A stretch of DNA of 64,000 bases from Octopus sinensis (GCF_006345805.1 NC_043017.1:16368001-16432000); one strand, 5' to 3'; positions 25,988 through 40,859 are shown, numbered from the stretch's first letter. The notes: generated by a model not told the origin, from the letters alone. Numbers and translations are program-made.

Positions 25988-27269
25988 GTAATTGTGTCAT
26001 GTATACGATCTACATCATTCGATATGTTAAGCACCACACATTTGCTTTCTCTATCTTTTACATTCTCCATATATCACTTTGTCTCTCTAACAGATAAATG
26101 AAAACATTTGAAAACAGAGTATTTAGTAAATATAATGCAGAGTGCTAGTTTTATACCGAAAATACTGCAAAAGTGAGCGTAACATCTTTATTAATTCGTT
26201 CAAACCACATATGTTGTGCAGTAATTTGTCCTCTGTACAAAGTTACTACTCAACATAGTGTCCATAATGCGCCATTCTTGGGCACAACTCTCGAATCCTG
26301 TTTGAAAAAATTCAGGTGACCTATTCAACTCACACTTCTTCACAACCACTTTCTCTTATCTGTGTCAATATGTGTTCCCAAAGACTTGAACTAAATAAAT
26401 GCCAGTCGAGGAGTGCCCGATCCGGAGGACCTAACCAACTGAATTTTCACGATTACTTGATCTACTTCGAAAGACGTGTGAGGCGAATGTGGATTATTTT
26501 CCGATTCTTGTTCGGTCTCTTCGTCATAAAGACTTCCTTGAACTTTTTTAGTTTCTCATTGTACAATATATTGTTCACGGAACAGCTACATTTAGGAAAA
26601 GTTACCATAGCTTATTACTGACTGTTGAAATTCCATTGACTGAATCTTCATTTTCGATTATAAAACTTCCCCCACATTTCATCTGCTCTCATCAGATCGG
26701 AAAAAAAACAGGCGATGTTTCGGTTGTCGTAGCACATGTTTCCGTCGATTTCCTCCGTCGATTTCCGTAAAAAATGTAAACACTGAATCGGCCATACATA
26801 CATACATGCATACATGCATACATACATACATACATACATACATACATACATACATACACACATACATACACACACACATACTTACACACACACACACATA
26901 CATAGATACATACACACACACATACATGTATACATACATATACACATACACCGAGTAAAAAATTTCAGTTATCTCTTTCTTTCACACATTACTCTGTCTC
27001 TTCACACACACTAACAGAAGCACTTCACTTACACAACATACTGTCTGTCTCCCACACCCCATCAAACACACACACGGGGACTTCAAAGAGAAATTTTCTC
27101 GTCATAAAATCGCTTCCTCTTAGTCTCTTTCGCTCTCATTACTTATGTAAAAAAATAAAAGTTTTTTACGGAAATCGACGGAGGAAATCGACAGAAACGT
27201 GTGCTACGACAACCGAAACATCGCCAACGTGTCTTCATTGGTTTGTAAAACCTTCCAGAGTAGATTTCT

Positions 27270-27770
27270 ATCCTTCAAATTGACTGTCAATTGTCAACGT
27301 CTCTACTTTTCAATCAATTTCCGATATCCGAAGCCTTCCACCATCTTCTGTAATGTATTCTGAATGTAGGCCAGTTGTGTATCAAGCTGACGGATTTTGA
27401 ATGGTTCATTCGCGCAAATAAATCTGTTTATTTGCTGGGGCTTCGTGTCTGTGTTCGTAGTTGATAGTCTCCCACTGGTTTGTCTTCAATGCTGATTTCA
27501 ACTTCTTTAAATTCCGTCCATCTGTACACATTACTCCTGTCAGTCACCATTGAAAGGTGTAAAGTACAGAGATTTACATCATTGTGAATAACCTGAAGTC
27601 TTCAATAGGTGTACGACAGAATCCACCCTTCTTTCGTTGGGAACTTTACGATGGTAAGTTGATTCTGTTTGGAACTCTTTCATTCTTTTCTTGCAATAAC
27701 GAGCAAGAAGAGTTACTCTACGAATACGTGTAATTTCAACAATCTATGTTAGTTAATAAACAGGTTATGC
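27270..27770 (-). mobile_element. Mariner transposase N-terminal remnant
   Basis: Degenerate SGRLST segment resembling the mariner DxRSGRP helix-turn-helix region. Confidence 0.45.
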
Positions 27771-27909
27771 TCACTTCCATTTTACTTTCGATAAAACCCT
27801 CGTTTCATGTAAATATTATTTTGTACTTAGCAAATTTGGCTTCGGTGGCAGAAATATTGTAGAAATCAAAGATACATCGACCATAAGACCTGGAGCCAGC
27901 CAACGGATA

Positions 27910-28200
<291 letters not shown>

Positions 28201-28983
28201 CTATGTAGTTTTCTTATATTCTCTTAGCTATCCACACATGCTGTCTCTTTGCTTCTCTCTCTACCGTTGCTTCTCCACTTTCTCACCTCCTCATCTTCTC
28301 ACCTCAACCGGTTTACCTTATTTCTCTTATATGGATATTTGCATACATGTCATGTAGATAGCAGGTAAAAATTTCGATTAACTACCTACTGCACGCATGC
28401 ATGTATGTGTGTATGTATGTGTGTATGTATGTGTGTATGTATGTATGTGTGTGTGTGTATGTGTGTGTGTGTGTTTGCGTGCGTGCTTCACGAAATACAC
28501 CAATGCATTATATGTGTATGTGTTATCAAAAGACTGGGACAGCAACAGAAAGAAAGAGTGGGGAGAGAGAAAGAGAGTGAGAAAAAGAAAGAGAGAGTGA
28601 GAGAGAGAAAGAAAGAAAGAGAGAGTGAGAGAGAAAGAGAGAAAACGGGAATACAGGGAAGAGAGAGAGAGAGAGAAAGAGAGAGAGGAGAGAGAGAGAG
28701 AGTGAGAGAGAGAGCTATTGAGGTTGTAGTTAGGCTCTAATAAAACCGCGCGTGTCAGCGAGCATGAACGATGTGGGATGATTTAGTCTTTGAATTGTCT
28801 CTCTCTATCGTATTTGGAATATAAATAGGTTCAACGTTATGCTCGGCAAAGCATTTCATTAAATTGGGAGTAAATTACACTTAGTTCTCAATTGGTCCGC
28901 AAAATCATTTTAGAGAAAATTTATGCTAACTTTAAATTTAGTTGTTCAATCTTCAGCAAGAATAAACTGTCAGATATTCATAT

Positions 28984-29384
28984 GCGCAGGAGTGGCTGTG
29001 TGGTAAGTAGCTTGTTTACCAACCACGTGGTTCCTGGTTCAGTCCCACTGCGTGGCACCTTGGGCAAGTGTCTTCTACTATAGCCTTGGGCCGACCAAAG
29101 CCTTGTGAGTGGATATGGTAGACGGAAACTGAAAAGAAGCCCGTCGTATATATGTATATATGCATGTGTGTGTTTGTGTGTCTGTGTTTGTCCCCCTAGC
29201 ATTGCTTGACAACCGATGCTGGTGTGTTTATGTCCCCGTTACTTAGCGGTTCGGCAAAAGAGACCGATAGAATAAGTACTGGGCTTACAAAAGAATAAGT
29301 CCCAGGGTCGAGTTACTCGATTAAAGGCGGTGCTCCAGCATGGCCACAGTCAAATGACTGAAACAAGTAAAAGAGTAAAAGAGT
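28984..29384 (+). mobile_element. SINE family B
   Basis: Full-length match to 19141-19547. Confidence 0.85.
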
Positions 29385-30066
29385 ATACCAGTTGGACATG
29401 CTAATATAACCAACGAACATTTTATATTATTTCTAAAACCAGCAAGCCTGCAACAGATTTAAATTCCTACCGGATTTGAACATAACTTTCACCCCTCGTC
29501 AATACTCCATATCATACACATTGCGATCTTGTGCCAGAAATAAGAACTATATACATAATTATTTCTCCACTTTGTCCTAAAAAGGTTTTACGTTAACAGA
29601 AGAGTGCCGAAACTAAATACAATGAAACATTTTATCAGCTAAGCTATTGATTCAAGTGTTAAAAGGATGTTTGTGTTGGTAAAAGACGCAAATTTATAAT
29701 TGGTTTCGTCGACTCTCTGTATATTATTGTTTCTTAATCCCATACTCTACTTTCTCCGCTACCTTCTTTCATTTGTAATACAATCTGAGATCTTTTTCTA
29801 CATGTAAAATCTTGTACTTATGACGTTGTTGTGATGGAATTATCGTCTTCTGGAGAAATACAGTGTATCGATTTAAAGATTAGCGATTAATAAACATATT
29901 GACATAGTGATCTTTTGAATAATTGCTATTCTACTGAACCAAATGTAGTACGTGTCAAACTGCCGAGATATCCTATCCTTTCATTTGCACTGACCAGTGT
30001 CCGTAAGCAACACGTTCGAATGACTCATTCCAGCGAGTCGCTAATCGCTACTGCAACTTGTGTTAA

Positions 30067-30283
30067 GGGGCAGCGAGCTGGCAGAATCGTTAGCACACTG
30101 GGCGAAATGCGTAGCTTTATTTCGTCTGCCGTTACGTTCTGAGTTCAAATTCCGCCGAGGTCGACTTTGCCTTTCATCCTTTCGGGGTCGATAAATTAAG
30201 TACCTTTTACGCACTGGGGTCGATGTAATCGACTTAATTTCGTTTGTCTGTCCTTGTTTGTCCCCTTGTGGGTAGTAAAGAAA
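30067..30283 (+). mobile_element. SINE family A
   Basis: Near full-length match to the other copies. Confidence 0.85.
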
Positions 30284-32361
30284 CATACTGCAACTTGTGT
30301 TAACAACAGCAGCGCTACAGAACTGGCAATGCTGAGTTCATCAACGTCTCCTGGAAGTATCGGTTGGGGAGGGTCAAGCTCGGTCAAGCTGACTTCTTCC
30401 CTTTCAGCCATTTATTCATTCGTTTAAATTTTCCTTTTATTTAATTACTATAACGCTACTTTTTTCTTTTCTCAACATACAAAACACTATAAAGATAGTT
30501 CTAGAATTTGTACGTCAGAGATGGTCTGCACAGCATGAAGAAAGAAAGAACATTGAAAATGGCAACGGAAGGCAGATGGTAGCAATGTTGCAATTGTTGC
30601 TTACCTTCAGATTAATCGAGATTGACTTCGCCTATGTCCAATAACTTTCCAACCATTACCACCCTATCGTTTTAAGTGCATGTAGGAAAACATCCAATGG
30701 TCCATTTCCTTTCCTTTCCTAATACTTTAAGATGAGATTTGGGGAAAGGGGTTTGATGCTATTTCTAGCGGTTTGTGAGACCATAAAACGACTGAACGGT
30801 GTGTATTTCCACGCCCGGAAAAACCAAACTTTTATGCAAAGCATTAAACTATCCTTCATTTATTCCAGAATACAGTTACATGATCTATTTTATTTCAAAT
30901 TATACTTTTCTCAAGAATATTAACGTCAAAAGTGGAGCCAAATGGAATTAGCTGAGAATTGAAAACGCATCTCACTGGGTGTTTTAGTAATTATAATTAT
31001 CGGTACAATGGTTTTTAATTTAGGCACCAGGCTATCAGTTTTGATTGCAGAGTATTAGTATCATCGACTCAGGCACTTGATTGTTATTTTATTTTATCGA
31101 TCTCCGACGGATGAAAAGCAGGATTAAAACTCAACGTCAAAAGCCGAAAGAAAAACTGCAACGCATTTTCTCTGCGACGCTCTAAAGATTCTGCCGCCCT
31201 CCATGATTATCATTATACTGGCGGCACAGTCGATGTGCAGTTAATATGGCACACTGTACAATTTATTGATACTTCATTCTCGATCCCAGGAGAATTGTAT
31301 TGATAACCTATGCTGTGGAACTTGAACTCAGAACGAGATTGGATGAAACTTAAGATAATCGTTTCGAAATTTGACCCAAGACAACAATTTTGGTGAGCAA
31401 GTTCTACATTTTATCGACCCCGGATGGAGGAAAGGTAATGTTGACCTCGGCGAAATCTGAATTCAGAACATAATAAGTCGGAAGAAATAACCGCTAGGTA
31501 TTTTGTCCGAAAATAATGTAAGACCATTTCATCCGTTGCCTCACTGTTTCTATCATCCCATCGTTTTCATCAGATAGAAGCAATGTTTACGTGTGTGTGT
31601 GTGTGTGTGTGTGTGCCCGTTTTATTCAGCACTTGATTTAAACTTTTTGTGATATTTTGCATATAACATGGTCAATAAAGCGATGCGAAATGGACTCGTC
31701 TGGAGACTTAAACCTTATTGCCGCCGTCTCGACTTTCTGAAACTTAAGATGAAGTGCTTAAACTAAAGAAGTATTAAATAACAATTTGTTTCATCGAAAT
31801 CTATTCAAGTTTTGTCCACTACAAAATGTAGAGAGAAGAAACTTATTACACCTTTAGTGTGAACCTCCACCAAATTCTACCAATTTCCAAGGAGACAAGG
31901 CATATTTGATGAGTGCATCGTTTGCCTAGTGTTGGGTTGAAATCTTTCGGATGACTCTGAGGGAAATGCTCATCAAAATATTTCTCTCCCGAGAATTTAC
32001 TGAAAAGTATCTGCGTAATTTAGATTCAATTAGCATACTTCCCTGCGCCATATTCGAAGCCCATTTCCGTTTTATAGAACACCCAATCCTCTCACATGGC
32101 CGCAAGACCTTAGAGACAATATGTTAGGTTACATTTTGTTTTCACCCCCTCCCCACCAGAAAGTAAGAATATCACCAGCTTCATGCTGCATAAAATTGAA
32201 ATAAATATTATTATCATGTGATCCAGTGTTTGGCAGAAAAAAGTTACTAAATAATATCAAATGATATCGTTATGCTCGTGTTATAACTTGCAAAAACGAC
32301 GGAATATTAAGAGTAAATACTTTTTCTTTATATAATATTTCGATCTAACACAATTAACATT

Positions 32362-32822
32362 GTAAAGTATACTAGCCATCTCAATATGGCTAACCACAAA
32401 GTGGGGGTGTTACTGTAGCTTTTTAGCCCCAGGAGATCATCGTCTCCAGCTGACTTTAGACACACTTTCTATGCCCTTATGGTATTTGCAATCTCGTTCA
32501 GAGATTTATCATTGCTTGCAGACAGTTTTTCGAAATCAGTGACGAAAGTTACTGGAAAAACAATAAATAAGGATTTGCAAACGGTCTCCCTTCATCGAAA
32601 ACCGGTGATTGTCGTACGCCGAAGACAGGCAAATACCTAGAAACTGCAGTCCGTGCGTATCACTTAGGTTGACGAGAGAGGGATGACCTCCCTTTGCAAA
32701 TACCATAAGGGCACAGAAAGTGTGCCTAAAGCCAGCTGGAGACGATGATCTCCTGGGGCTACAAGCTACAGTAACACCCACCCTTCGTGGTTAGCCATAT
32801 TGAGATGGCTAGTATACTTTAC
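32362..32822. mobile_element. MITE with about 125-bp terminal inverted repeats
   Basis: 32362-32491 is the reverse complement of 32693-32822. Confidence 0.75.
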
Positions 32823-33446
32823 GTTGTCGTGCAGTTACTGTTTACATCTCGTTCAGAGATTTATTATTACAATTAACATTGGTATGGAAGAAAGATTAGA
32901 AGATAATTTTCTTTTGAGAACTTCAGATTACAGAGAGCTGTAAGGCCATTCATATAACTTGCAGCACTTTTCAGAAAGACAAAATCTCATTACTTGGGCA
33001 TAAAATTTCAAATAACATATCATTGATGTAATCAATCTCAGAAATTAATTGGCACGTAAATTATAGATGACGGGAAAATGAAAGGTAAAGAAACTGGTGG
33101 CTGGATTGAAACTCAGAATGTAGCCAAATTATTTTGCTCAGCGTTCTTCGGATTCTATATATTAGTCGTTAAGGCACGATTAATAGATTTACTAGAAACA
33201 GTCGGGAGCAAGATTCAGTGCATTTGAAGTAGGATTGTTGAACACTTTCATTTTATTGTAATACTAATGTTACAATACTTTGTCAATTTGGCTGTTTTAA
33301 CCTTAAATACTGGAGAATTGACTCACCAGAGCTTTCTTATCATCAGGTCACATGACCCAGTTGTTGGCCCAGTTAATCACAGGTATTGGTTCGGTGTTGC
33401 AACTAAGAGCATAGTGTGCTTCACGTATTTTGTTTCTTAGAAATAA

Positions 33447-34043
<597 letters not shown>

Positions 34044-34404
34044 TTTCATTTTCAGACACACACACACACACGTGTGTGTATGTGTTAAATTTCGAATTAA
34101 AAGTAGTCTAGTAATGTAAATATTCTTTTCTACTCTAGGCACAAGGTCCGAAATTTTCGGGAAGGGTGCCAAGTCGATTAGATCGACCCCAGTAGCAACT
34201 GGTACTTAACTTATCGACAACGAAAGGACGAAAGGCAAAGTCGACCTCCGCCGAGGTCATATCACAAATTAGGGACCTGTACAGTCAACTTATAAAAAAC
34301 AACAGTGCTGCGAGAAGCCGATTTCAGTGGATGGTCTGCCCTATGAACTATAGGGTCACGTGTCGGACTAGTTTGCGCCGATTTTAGCAGCTGCCTACTA
34401 CTCC

Positions 34405-34690
34405 TGGCAACAGACGGGAAGCATTCCCAGTCGTGTGAGTCGGGGAGTGTTGACGCTGTTGAGAAAGGACCCGAACAAGGAGGATGTGATTGAAAACCTC
34501 AGGCCCATAACTTTACACAACACTGGGTTAAGGATTTTAGCTAAGATGCGCGCCAAAAGGTTGGCGCTTGTTGTCGGTAGTGTAGTCGGGGATGCACAAA
34601 CCTGAGCGATCCCTTGCAGATCTGTCCACGTCAATTCCCACCTCATGCGATACATCGTAGAACGGGTCAAGAATAGATCGGGTTTTGAAG
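34405..34690 (+). mobile_element. Tx1/L1-type reverse transcriptase fragment
   Basis: KKDPNKEDVIENLRPITLHNT.LRILAK motif. Confidence 0.7.
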
Positions 34691-34740
34691 GGACACACAC
34701 ATATGTGTGTGTGTGTGTGTATAAATATATATATATTTAG

Positions 34741-34970
34741 GGCGGCGAGCTGGCAGAATCGTTAGCACGCCGGGCAAGATGCTTTGCAGTATTTCGTCTG
34801 CTGTTACGTTCTGAGTTCAAATTCCGCCGAGGTCGACTTTGCCTTTCATCCTTTCGGGGTCGATAAATTAAACACCAGTTACGCACTGGGGTCGATGTAA
34901 TCGACTTAATCCGTTTGTCTATCTTTGTTTGTCCCCTCTATGTTTAGCCCCTTGTGGGCAATAAATAAAT
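34741..34970 (+). mobile_element. SINE family A
   Basis: Full-length match; a partial inverted copy lies at about 34130-34255. Confidence 0.85.
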
Positions 34971-35442
34971 ATATATATACATACGCATCCATGTATGTCT
35001 CTATGCATGTATATAATGTAAGACCTTCTTTACTTCTGTTTCGCATGTATGTAAAAGAGTATGAACAAGTGATCTGCAACAGCGATTCATGCTTATTTAA
35101 GCCGATGGAAAGAAAAATTAAATAGGATTCTTTAACATCATTTTGGTTCCAATATTCAATGCAAGGACTATTTAAATTGAAACAGAAATAATTAAGCCAT
35201 TTATAAAAAAACCCATATATTTGTCAAATTATAAGGATTGGAGACAACTCTGCAAATATTTCGGTTTGCCATATCACCCAACTACGCAAAATTCACAAAG
35301 AAAGTGTAGAAGATTGCGTAGTAGTTAGAGTAAAAGAATTGATATATTCAGAGAATGCATTTGCCCCGTGAATAGAAACTTCGAGTACATCCTTCAGTTT
35401 GGAGAATGACAATTCTGTCTCTTTCCTTTTGCACTTCAAAGA

Positions 35443-35789
35443 GTTAGTTAGTTAATTTTTTGGCTCAAAAAGCAAAAAGGAAGGCTATGTAGGGGGACAT
35501 GGAGTTATGTGCAGGGAGGGTGTTCATGTAAAGAGTTCAGGCCATTTGTGGTCAAGAGAGACTTTGAACCGAGCGGTCGTCGGCATCTTCACCATCTCGT
35601 CCGGCAGCTTGTTCCACGGATCCGCTACCCGGACGGAGAAAGCCCCTCTCCTTCTATTGTGGTGAAATCGTCGCAGATAGAGCTTTTCGGAATGACCCCG
35701 CAGCCGACGCTCTGGAGCAGGAGTGAAGAACAGCTCTTTCGAGAAGTTACACTTTCCGCTTATGATGTTGTGAGCGAGAATGAGATCAC
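35443..35789 (-). mobile_element. CR1 LINE 3' end, inverted copy of 12062-12424
   Basis: Reverse-complement similarity throughout, including the TAAC tail. Confidence 0.8.
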
Positions 35790-35900
35790 CACGGCGTCGT
35801 CGTTTTTCTAGAGAATAAAGGTCGAGCGTCTTCAGCCTTTCTTCATAAGAGTTTTATGCTTTACCTTTCTAGTGTATATGTTTTATCTTGTTATTCACAG

Positions 35901-35956
35901 GTACTGTAGATACACCTTCGTTCCGTGACCGAGTGGAAGCCTTACCAGATGCAAAT
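35901..35956 (+). CDS. BDH2: BDH2 exon 7 (G-TVDTPSFRDRVEALPDAN)
   Basis: TTCACAG acceptor; GTVDTPS motif; rather weak GTAATA donor, phase 0. Confidence 0.9.
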
Positions 35957-36101
35957 GTAATATTTCAATTTTTTTTATTGCGTCTTTGTGAGATAAGTAA
36001 ATGTTTAAGCGATTGGTTGGGTAGAATAATCTAGCGTTTTCGTCCCATGCTTTCCGTGTGAAAAAATATTGTCGCTTTGGTTGTAGGTAGAGGGAATAAG
36101 T

Positions 36102-36487
36102 GGAGGCGCAATGGCCCAGTGGTTAGGGCAGCGGACTCGCGGTCATAGGATCGCGGTTTCGATTCCCAGACCGGGCGTTGTGAGTGTTTATTGAGCGAAA
36201 ACACCTAAAAGCTCCACGAGGCTCCGGCAGGGGGTGGTGGTGATCCCTGCTCTACTCTTTCACCACAACTTTCTCTCACTCTTACTTCCTGTTTCTGTTG
36301 TACCTGTATTTCAAAGGGGCCGGCCTTGTCACTCTCTGTGTCACGCTGAATATCCCCGAGAACTACGTTAAGGGTACACGTGTCTGTGGAGTGCTCAGCC
36401 ACTTACACGTTAATTTCACGAGCAGGCTGTTCCATTGATTCGGATCAACCGGAACCCTCGTCGTCGTAACCGACGGAGTGCTTCCAC
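36102..36487 (+). mobile_element. tRNA-derived SINE family C with 11-bp target-site duplication
   Basis: TGGCCCAGTGG A-box, GTTTCGATTCC B-box; AGAGGGAATAA at 36089-36099 and 36489-36499. Confidence 0.85.
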
Positions 36488-36833
36488 AAGAGGGAATAAT
36501 AAACAAATTGAAATGTGAGGCTGATTAAGAAGGGAGATGTGAGAGTTTCAAAAGCCTGTCTATGAGATGGACTGGGAAAATTCATTTCTTACAGAGAGAG
36601 TGATGAGGGAAATGAGGAGGAATCCAGTGAGAGGTGGAATATTACGTGGAAGAGGAAGGACGATGAAAATAAAATAGAGAGAATCAAATTCATACATGCA
36701 GGCATATAAACACTGGTAACATTTATGCAAAATCGATATACAAGGCACTTATGCTGACTGCTCTTTCAGCAGAAAGAGAGGTGCCGTGGAACAATTACCG
36801 GCGGCATAAAATGCATTAATGATATTATGCAAA

Positions 36834-37063
36834 GGCGGCGAGCTGTCAGAAACGTTAGCACGCCGGGCGAAATGCTTAACAATATTTCGTCTGTCATTGC
36901 GTTCTGAGTTCAAATTCCGCCGAGGTCGACTTTGCCTTTCATCCTTTCGGAGTCGATAAATTAAGTACCAGTTACGCACTGGGGTCGATGTAATCGACTT
37001 AATCCGTTTGTCTGTCCTTGTTTGTCCCTTTGTGTTTAGCCCCTTGTGGGCAATAAAGAAATA
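36834..37063 (+). mobile_element. SINE family A
   Basis: Full-length match. Confidence 0.85.
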
Positions 37064-37345
37064 GATATTATGCAAACTGTGCCTGTCGGGCGTAGCTGAA
37101 TCTTCTTTAGGGTATAACATAAGTAATATGACTTCGTAATAATTTATCAATGAGTAAATATACAAACACAGTTACAAGTAAAATATGTAAATAAATTAAG
37201 AATATCATGCTGAACCGTTAATCCCTCCACATTTTTTTCTCTCTCTATTTTTTTCCTTTCAACCCTTTTTGTCGACGAGAGTAGGCTCGAAATGTCAAAG
37301 ACTTTTCCATTCACCTGCCTTCGGCTTTTGTTTTCTGTAAATTTG

Positions 37346-37396
<51 letters not shown>

Positions 37397-38204
37397 TAAT
37401 CCAAACAAGAAAACACAAAAAAAACACAACAACGCGAGGACGTGGAACAAATAAAGTATTATTGGACGCTCAGGAAAGAAGGAAAGAAGGAGGGTTTAAC
37501 GTTTCGAGCGGAGCTCTTCATCGGAAACATAGGAGAAGGAAAGATCCAGAGAAGGGAAGATAGAGGAGAAAAAAATCGCCAACGGTACACACGCGGTCAC
37601 ATTTTGAATATATATATATGTATGTATGAATGTATGTATATATATATATATATTTATATATGGTGTGTTATGAGAATTTTATGTAAAGGTATCCCATAGA
37701 ATTCAACAAATTTGTTAAAAATGGAGAAGAGATGTTGAAATTTGAAAGAATTTTAATACATGCATACGATCGTTTCAAACAGCGATATTAATATTCATGG
37801 TAGAATAATTAAGTTACTTTGGCTAAATCAAATTAATTACATATCACTGTTCTCCTCAGTGAAAGAAGTAGATACAAACAATTAATTAATAATTATTATT
37901 ATTACAGAAGACTTTCGGATATACATATTTATCCTATTGAGAGCATACTAAATAATGTGAGTCTAGGTGTGTATAAACTAAAAACTGGGGCAGCTAACGG
38001 TGATTTGAAAATATGTGTGAAATAGGTTTTAAGAGACGTTCCCCCTACAAAAGAGTAAGTATATCAGTAATTCAAAGTCCAAATAAGTCATTTATTAGAG
38101 GAAAGTTTTATAGAGGTGTCTAATGGAAAGGCGTAGTTGTGTTTGAATTAGGATATGACTTAACAGTCATAATTAATATTAGGTATGGTGTGTACTAAAA
38201 CCTG

Positions 38205-38207
<3 letters not shown>

Positions 38208-38282
<75 letters not shown>
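38208..38282 (+). repeat. (GT)n about 45 bp upstream of the BDH2 exon 8 acceptor
   Basis: Direct reading. Confidence 0.95.
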
Positions 38283-38285
<3 letters not shown>

Positions 38286-38328
38286 AAAGTAGAAATAATT
38301 CAAAATGGATTTTCACTCCCTTCATCAG

Positions 38329-38421
38329 GCAATGACAAAATTCTTGGAACGTCAAAAGATGGGAAGATTGGCTACCGCTGACGAAATTGCTCATTTAATC
38401 ATTTATTTGGCATCTGATGAG
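38329..38421 (+). CDS. BDH2: BDH2 exon 8 (AMTKFLERQKMGRLATADEIAHLIIYLASDE)
   Basis: CATCAG acceptor, GTACGT donor; 31 codons aligning to human [21 protein letters not shown]...LASDE. Confidence 0.95.
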
Positions 38422-38466
38422 GTACGTATGATATTCTATTTGAAGAGCTGCACTAGATTAAATTTA

Positions 38467-38780
38467 GAGGCGCAATGGCCCAGTGGTTAGGGCAGCGGAC
38501 TCGCGATCGGAGGATCCCGGTTTCGATTCCCAGATCGGGCGTTGTGTGTGTTTATTGAGCAAAAACACCTAAAGCTCCACGAGGCTCCGGTAGGGGCTAG
38601 TGGCGACCCTGTTGTACTCTTTCGTCCCAACTTTCTCTCACTCTTTCTTCCTGTTTCTTGGGTAACGCTGCGATGGACTGGCGTCCCGTCCAGCTGGGGG
38701 GAACACAAACGCCATAGAAACCGGGGAACCGGGCCTATGAGGCTGACTAGGCTTGAAAAGGCCGCATAAATAAATAAAAA
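38467..38780 (+). mobile_element. SINE family C variant with a different 3' half and 10-bp target-site duplication
   Basis: Same head as 36102; (TAAA) tail; ACTAGATTAA on both sides. Confidence 0.8.
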
Positions 38781-39186
38781 CTAGATTAAGTAGTTCTGAA
38801 GGTTTCAAATGAATCGCTATTGCAAATAGTATGATTATGTACATTGCATTTTACGTACAGGGGCCGAAAGTTTGGAATATCATAGAAACTTAGGCTATCT
38901 TGAATTTCTGCCCTGCTTACACATTCAAATAAATGTCAGAAAAATCTATAACAGTGGCAGACGTCGATGCATATTCTCAACTACAGTGTGTTCCGTATTT
39001 TCATTTTGGCCAGGCTGAATGGTCTTACATCGCTGCACAATTTATGATAATGTTCTTCGGTTTTCTGGAAAATGCTGTTTCCTTTCTTTGGTATTGCTGC
39101 TATTATAAGCTTTCCCCATTCTTCTGACCGGTCATCTTCAATGATTGAGAAATTCCTTAATTGCAAAGAAAACATTCGTAGCATAT

Positions 39187-39566
39187 CTCTTTTACTCTTT
39201 TACTTGTTTCAGTCATTTGACTGCGGCCATGCTGGAGCACCGCCTTTAGTCGAGCAAATCGACCCCGGGACTTATTCTTTGTAAGCCCAGTACTTATTCT
39301 ATCGGTCTCTTTTTGCCGAACCGCTAAGTGACGGGGACGTAAACACACCAGCATCGGGGACAAACACAGGCACACAAAAAAACACATACATATATATACA
39401 TATATACGACAGGCTTCTTTCAGTTTCCGTCTACCAAATCCACCCACAAGGCATTGGTCGGCCGGGGCTATAGCAGAAGACACTTGCCCAAGATGCCACG
39501 CAGTGGGACTGAACCCGGAACCATGTGGTTGGTTAGCAAGCTACTTACCACACAGCCACTCCTGCG
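39187..39566 (-). mobile_element. SINE family B
   Basis: Reverse-complement match. Confidence 0.85.
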
Positions 39567-40228
39567 TGTTAATCTAACAGCCTATCTAGAAACATTTGCG
39601 CTTGTTGCTCTCTTCCCCAGTTAGTTCAGTGGCTATTTGAGTTGCACCAAATAGATTACTAATTCGTTCCCTTTGTAAGGATATTTTAATCGTTATGTGA
39701 TTCTCAATACACTTTACCTAAAACTTGTTGTTTTCCTATTGACATCACTACTTTTCCAAAAAGCCTGTGTTCTTCTAGCTTCGTCATGTATGTCACAGCT
39801 AATTCTCCCAAAATTTTTACTCTGCATAGTTTATAGGTAGTTTGTAGATCATGCACAGTCAAAACTTTTACAGGGCATCATTTTTATGTTTCAAATGTCT
39901 TTTTTTAATTACTTCAGAATCACTGTAAACACTGAATTTTAGCTATCGTGTAAGAAATATTTTACTGTGGAATATTGCGTCAGATAAGCGTATTTTTAAA
40001 AAATTATTTTCCATAAAAGCTAATCATATTGAATTCCTTACTGGTCTCTATAGTTTTAAAGAAAACGGGGCAAATAATCATAGCAAACCCGCATAAGATG
40101 CACTTTGGCGTTTTTAGCCGTTTCCAAGACTTTGTTTAAATACGGTTACTTACTTTCGTCCTCCTTCCCTAAAATTGATGGCCTTGTGCCAAAATTTTAA
40201 ACTATTATTGTTGTTGGTAATAATAATA

Positions 40229-40263
<35 letters not shown>

Positions 40264-40500
40264 TATAATAATAATAAGTGAAAAAAATCGTGTTAACTGG
40301 AACGGCTCATGTACTGAGAAGAGCATTATCGCTGTGAAAACATCCATTTATGAATTTATTTATTCATTAATTGTTTAAATACATATTTCACCTGTGAATT
40401 TGCGTGTGTAATCTGGGAATGCATGCAATGAGCTTCTCTGCCCTAGGTGTACGGAAAACACTCGGCGAGAAACGGAAGAAAATTTGACGAAAGAAAGGAA

Positions 40501-40559
<59 letters not shown>

Positions 40560-40585
40560 TGATGATGATGATGATGATGATGATG

Positions 40586-40768
40586 CACCAGGACTTACAA
40601 ACACATATAACATACAGAAAATTGCACTACTGGGCACTGCACACATCCTACGCAGAACACTTTCAATACAGTAACCATCAGAGCTTCAGAACAAATCACA
40701 GCACATACCCAAGGCACACAGAGCTGTGCTCGGTAGTGAAGTGAAAGTACGCTATAAAAATAAAACTA

Positions 40769-40771
<3 letters not shown>
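40586..40771 (+). mobile_element. Short 3' fragment of the same R4/Dong element, flanked by AAT/GAT and AAT arrays
   Basis: Near-identical to about 3495-3680. Confidence 0.88.
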
Positions 40772-40830
<59 letters not shown>

Positions 40831-40859
40831 CAACAATGTTTTCTTTATTCACTAATAAA

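Noticed and set aside
26711-27225. Complete hammerhead in the inverted pair around a (TACA)n tract
   Set aside because: The 63-bp inverted arms are real, but CTGATGA and GAAAC do not fall in a foldable order.
36102-36175. tRNA gene
   Set aside because: A and B boxes are present, but it continues into a SINE body with a TSD; the same applies to all other tRNA-like heads.
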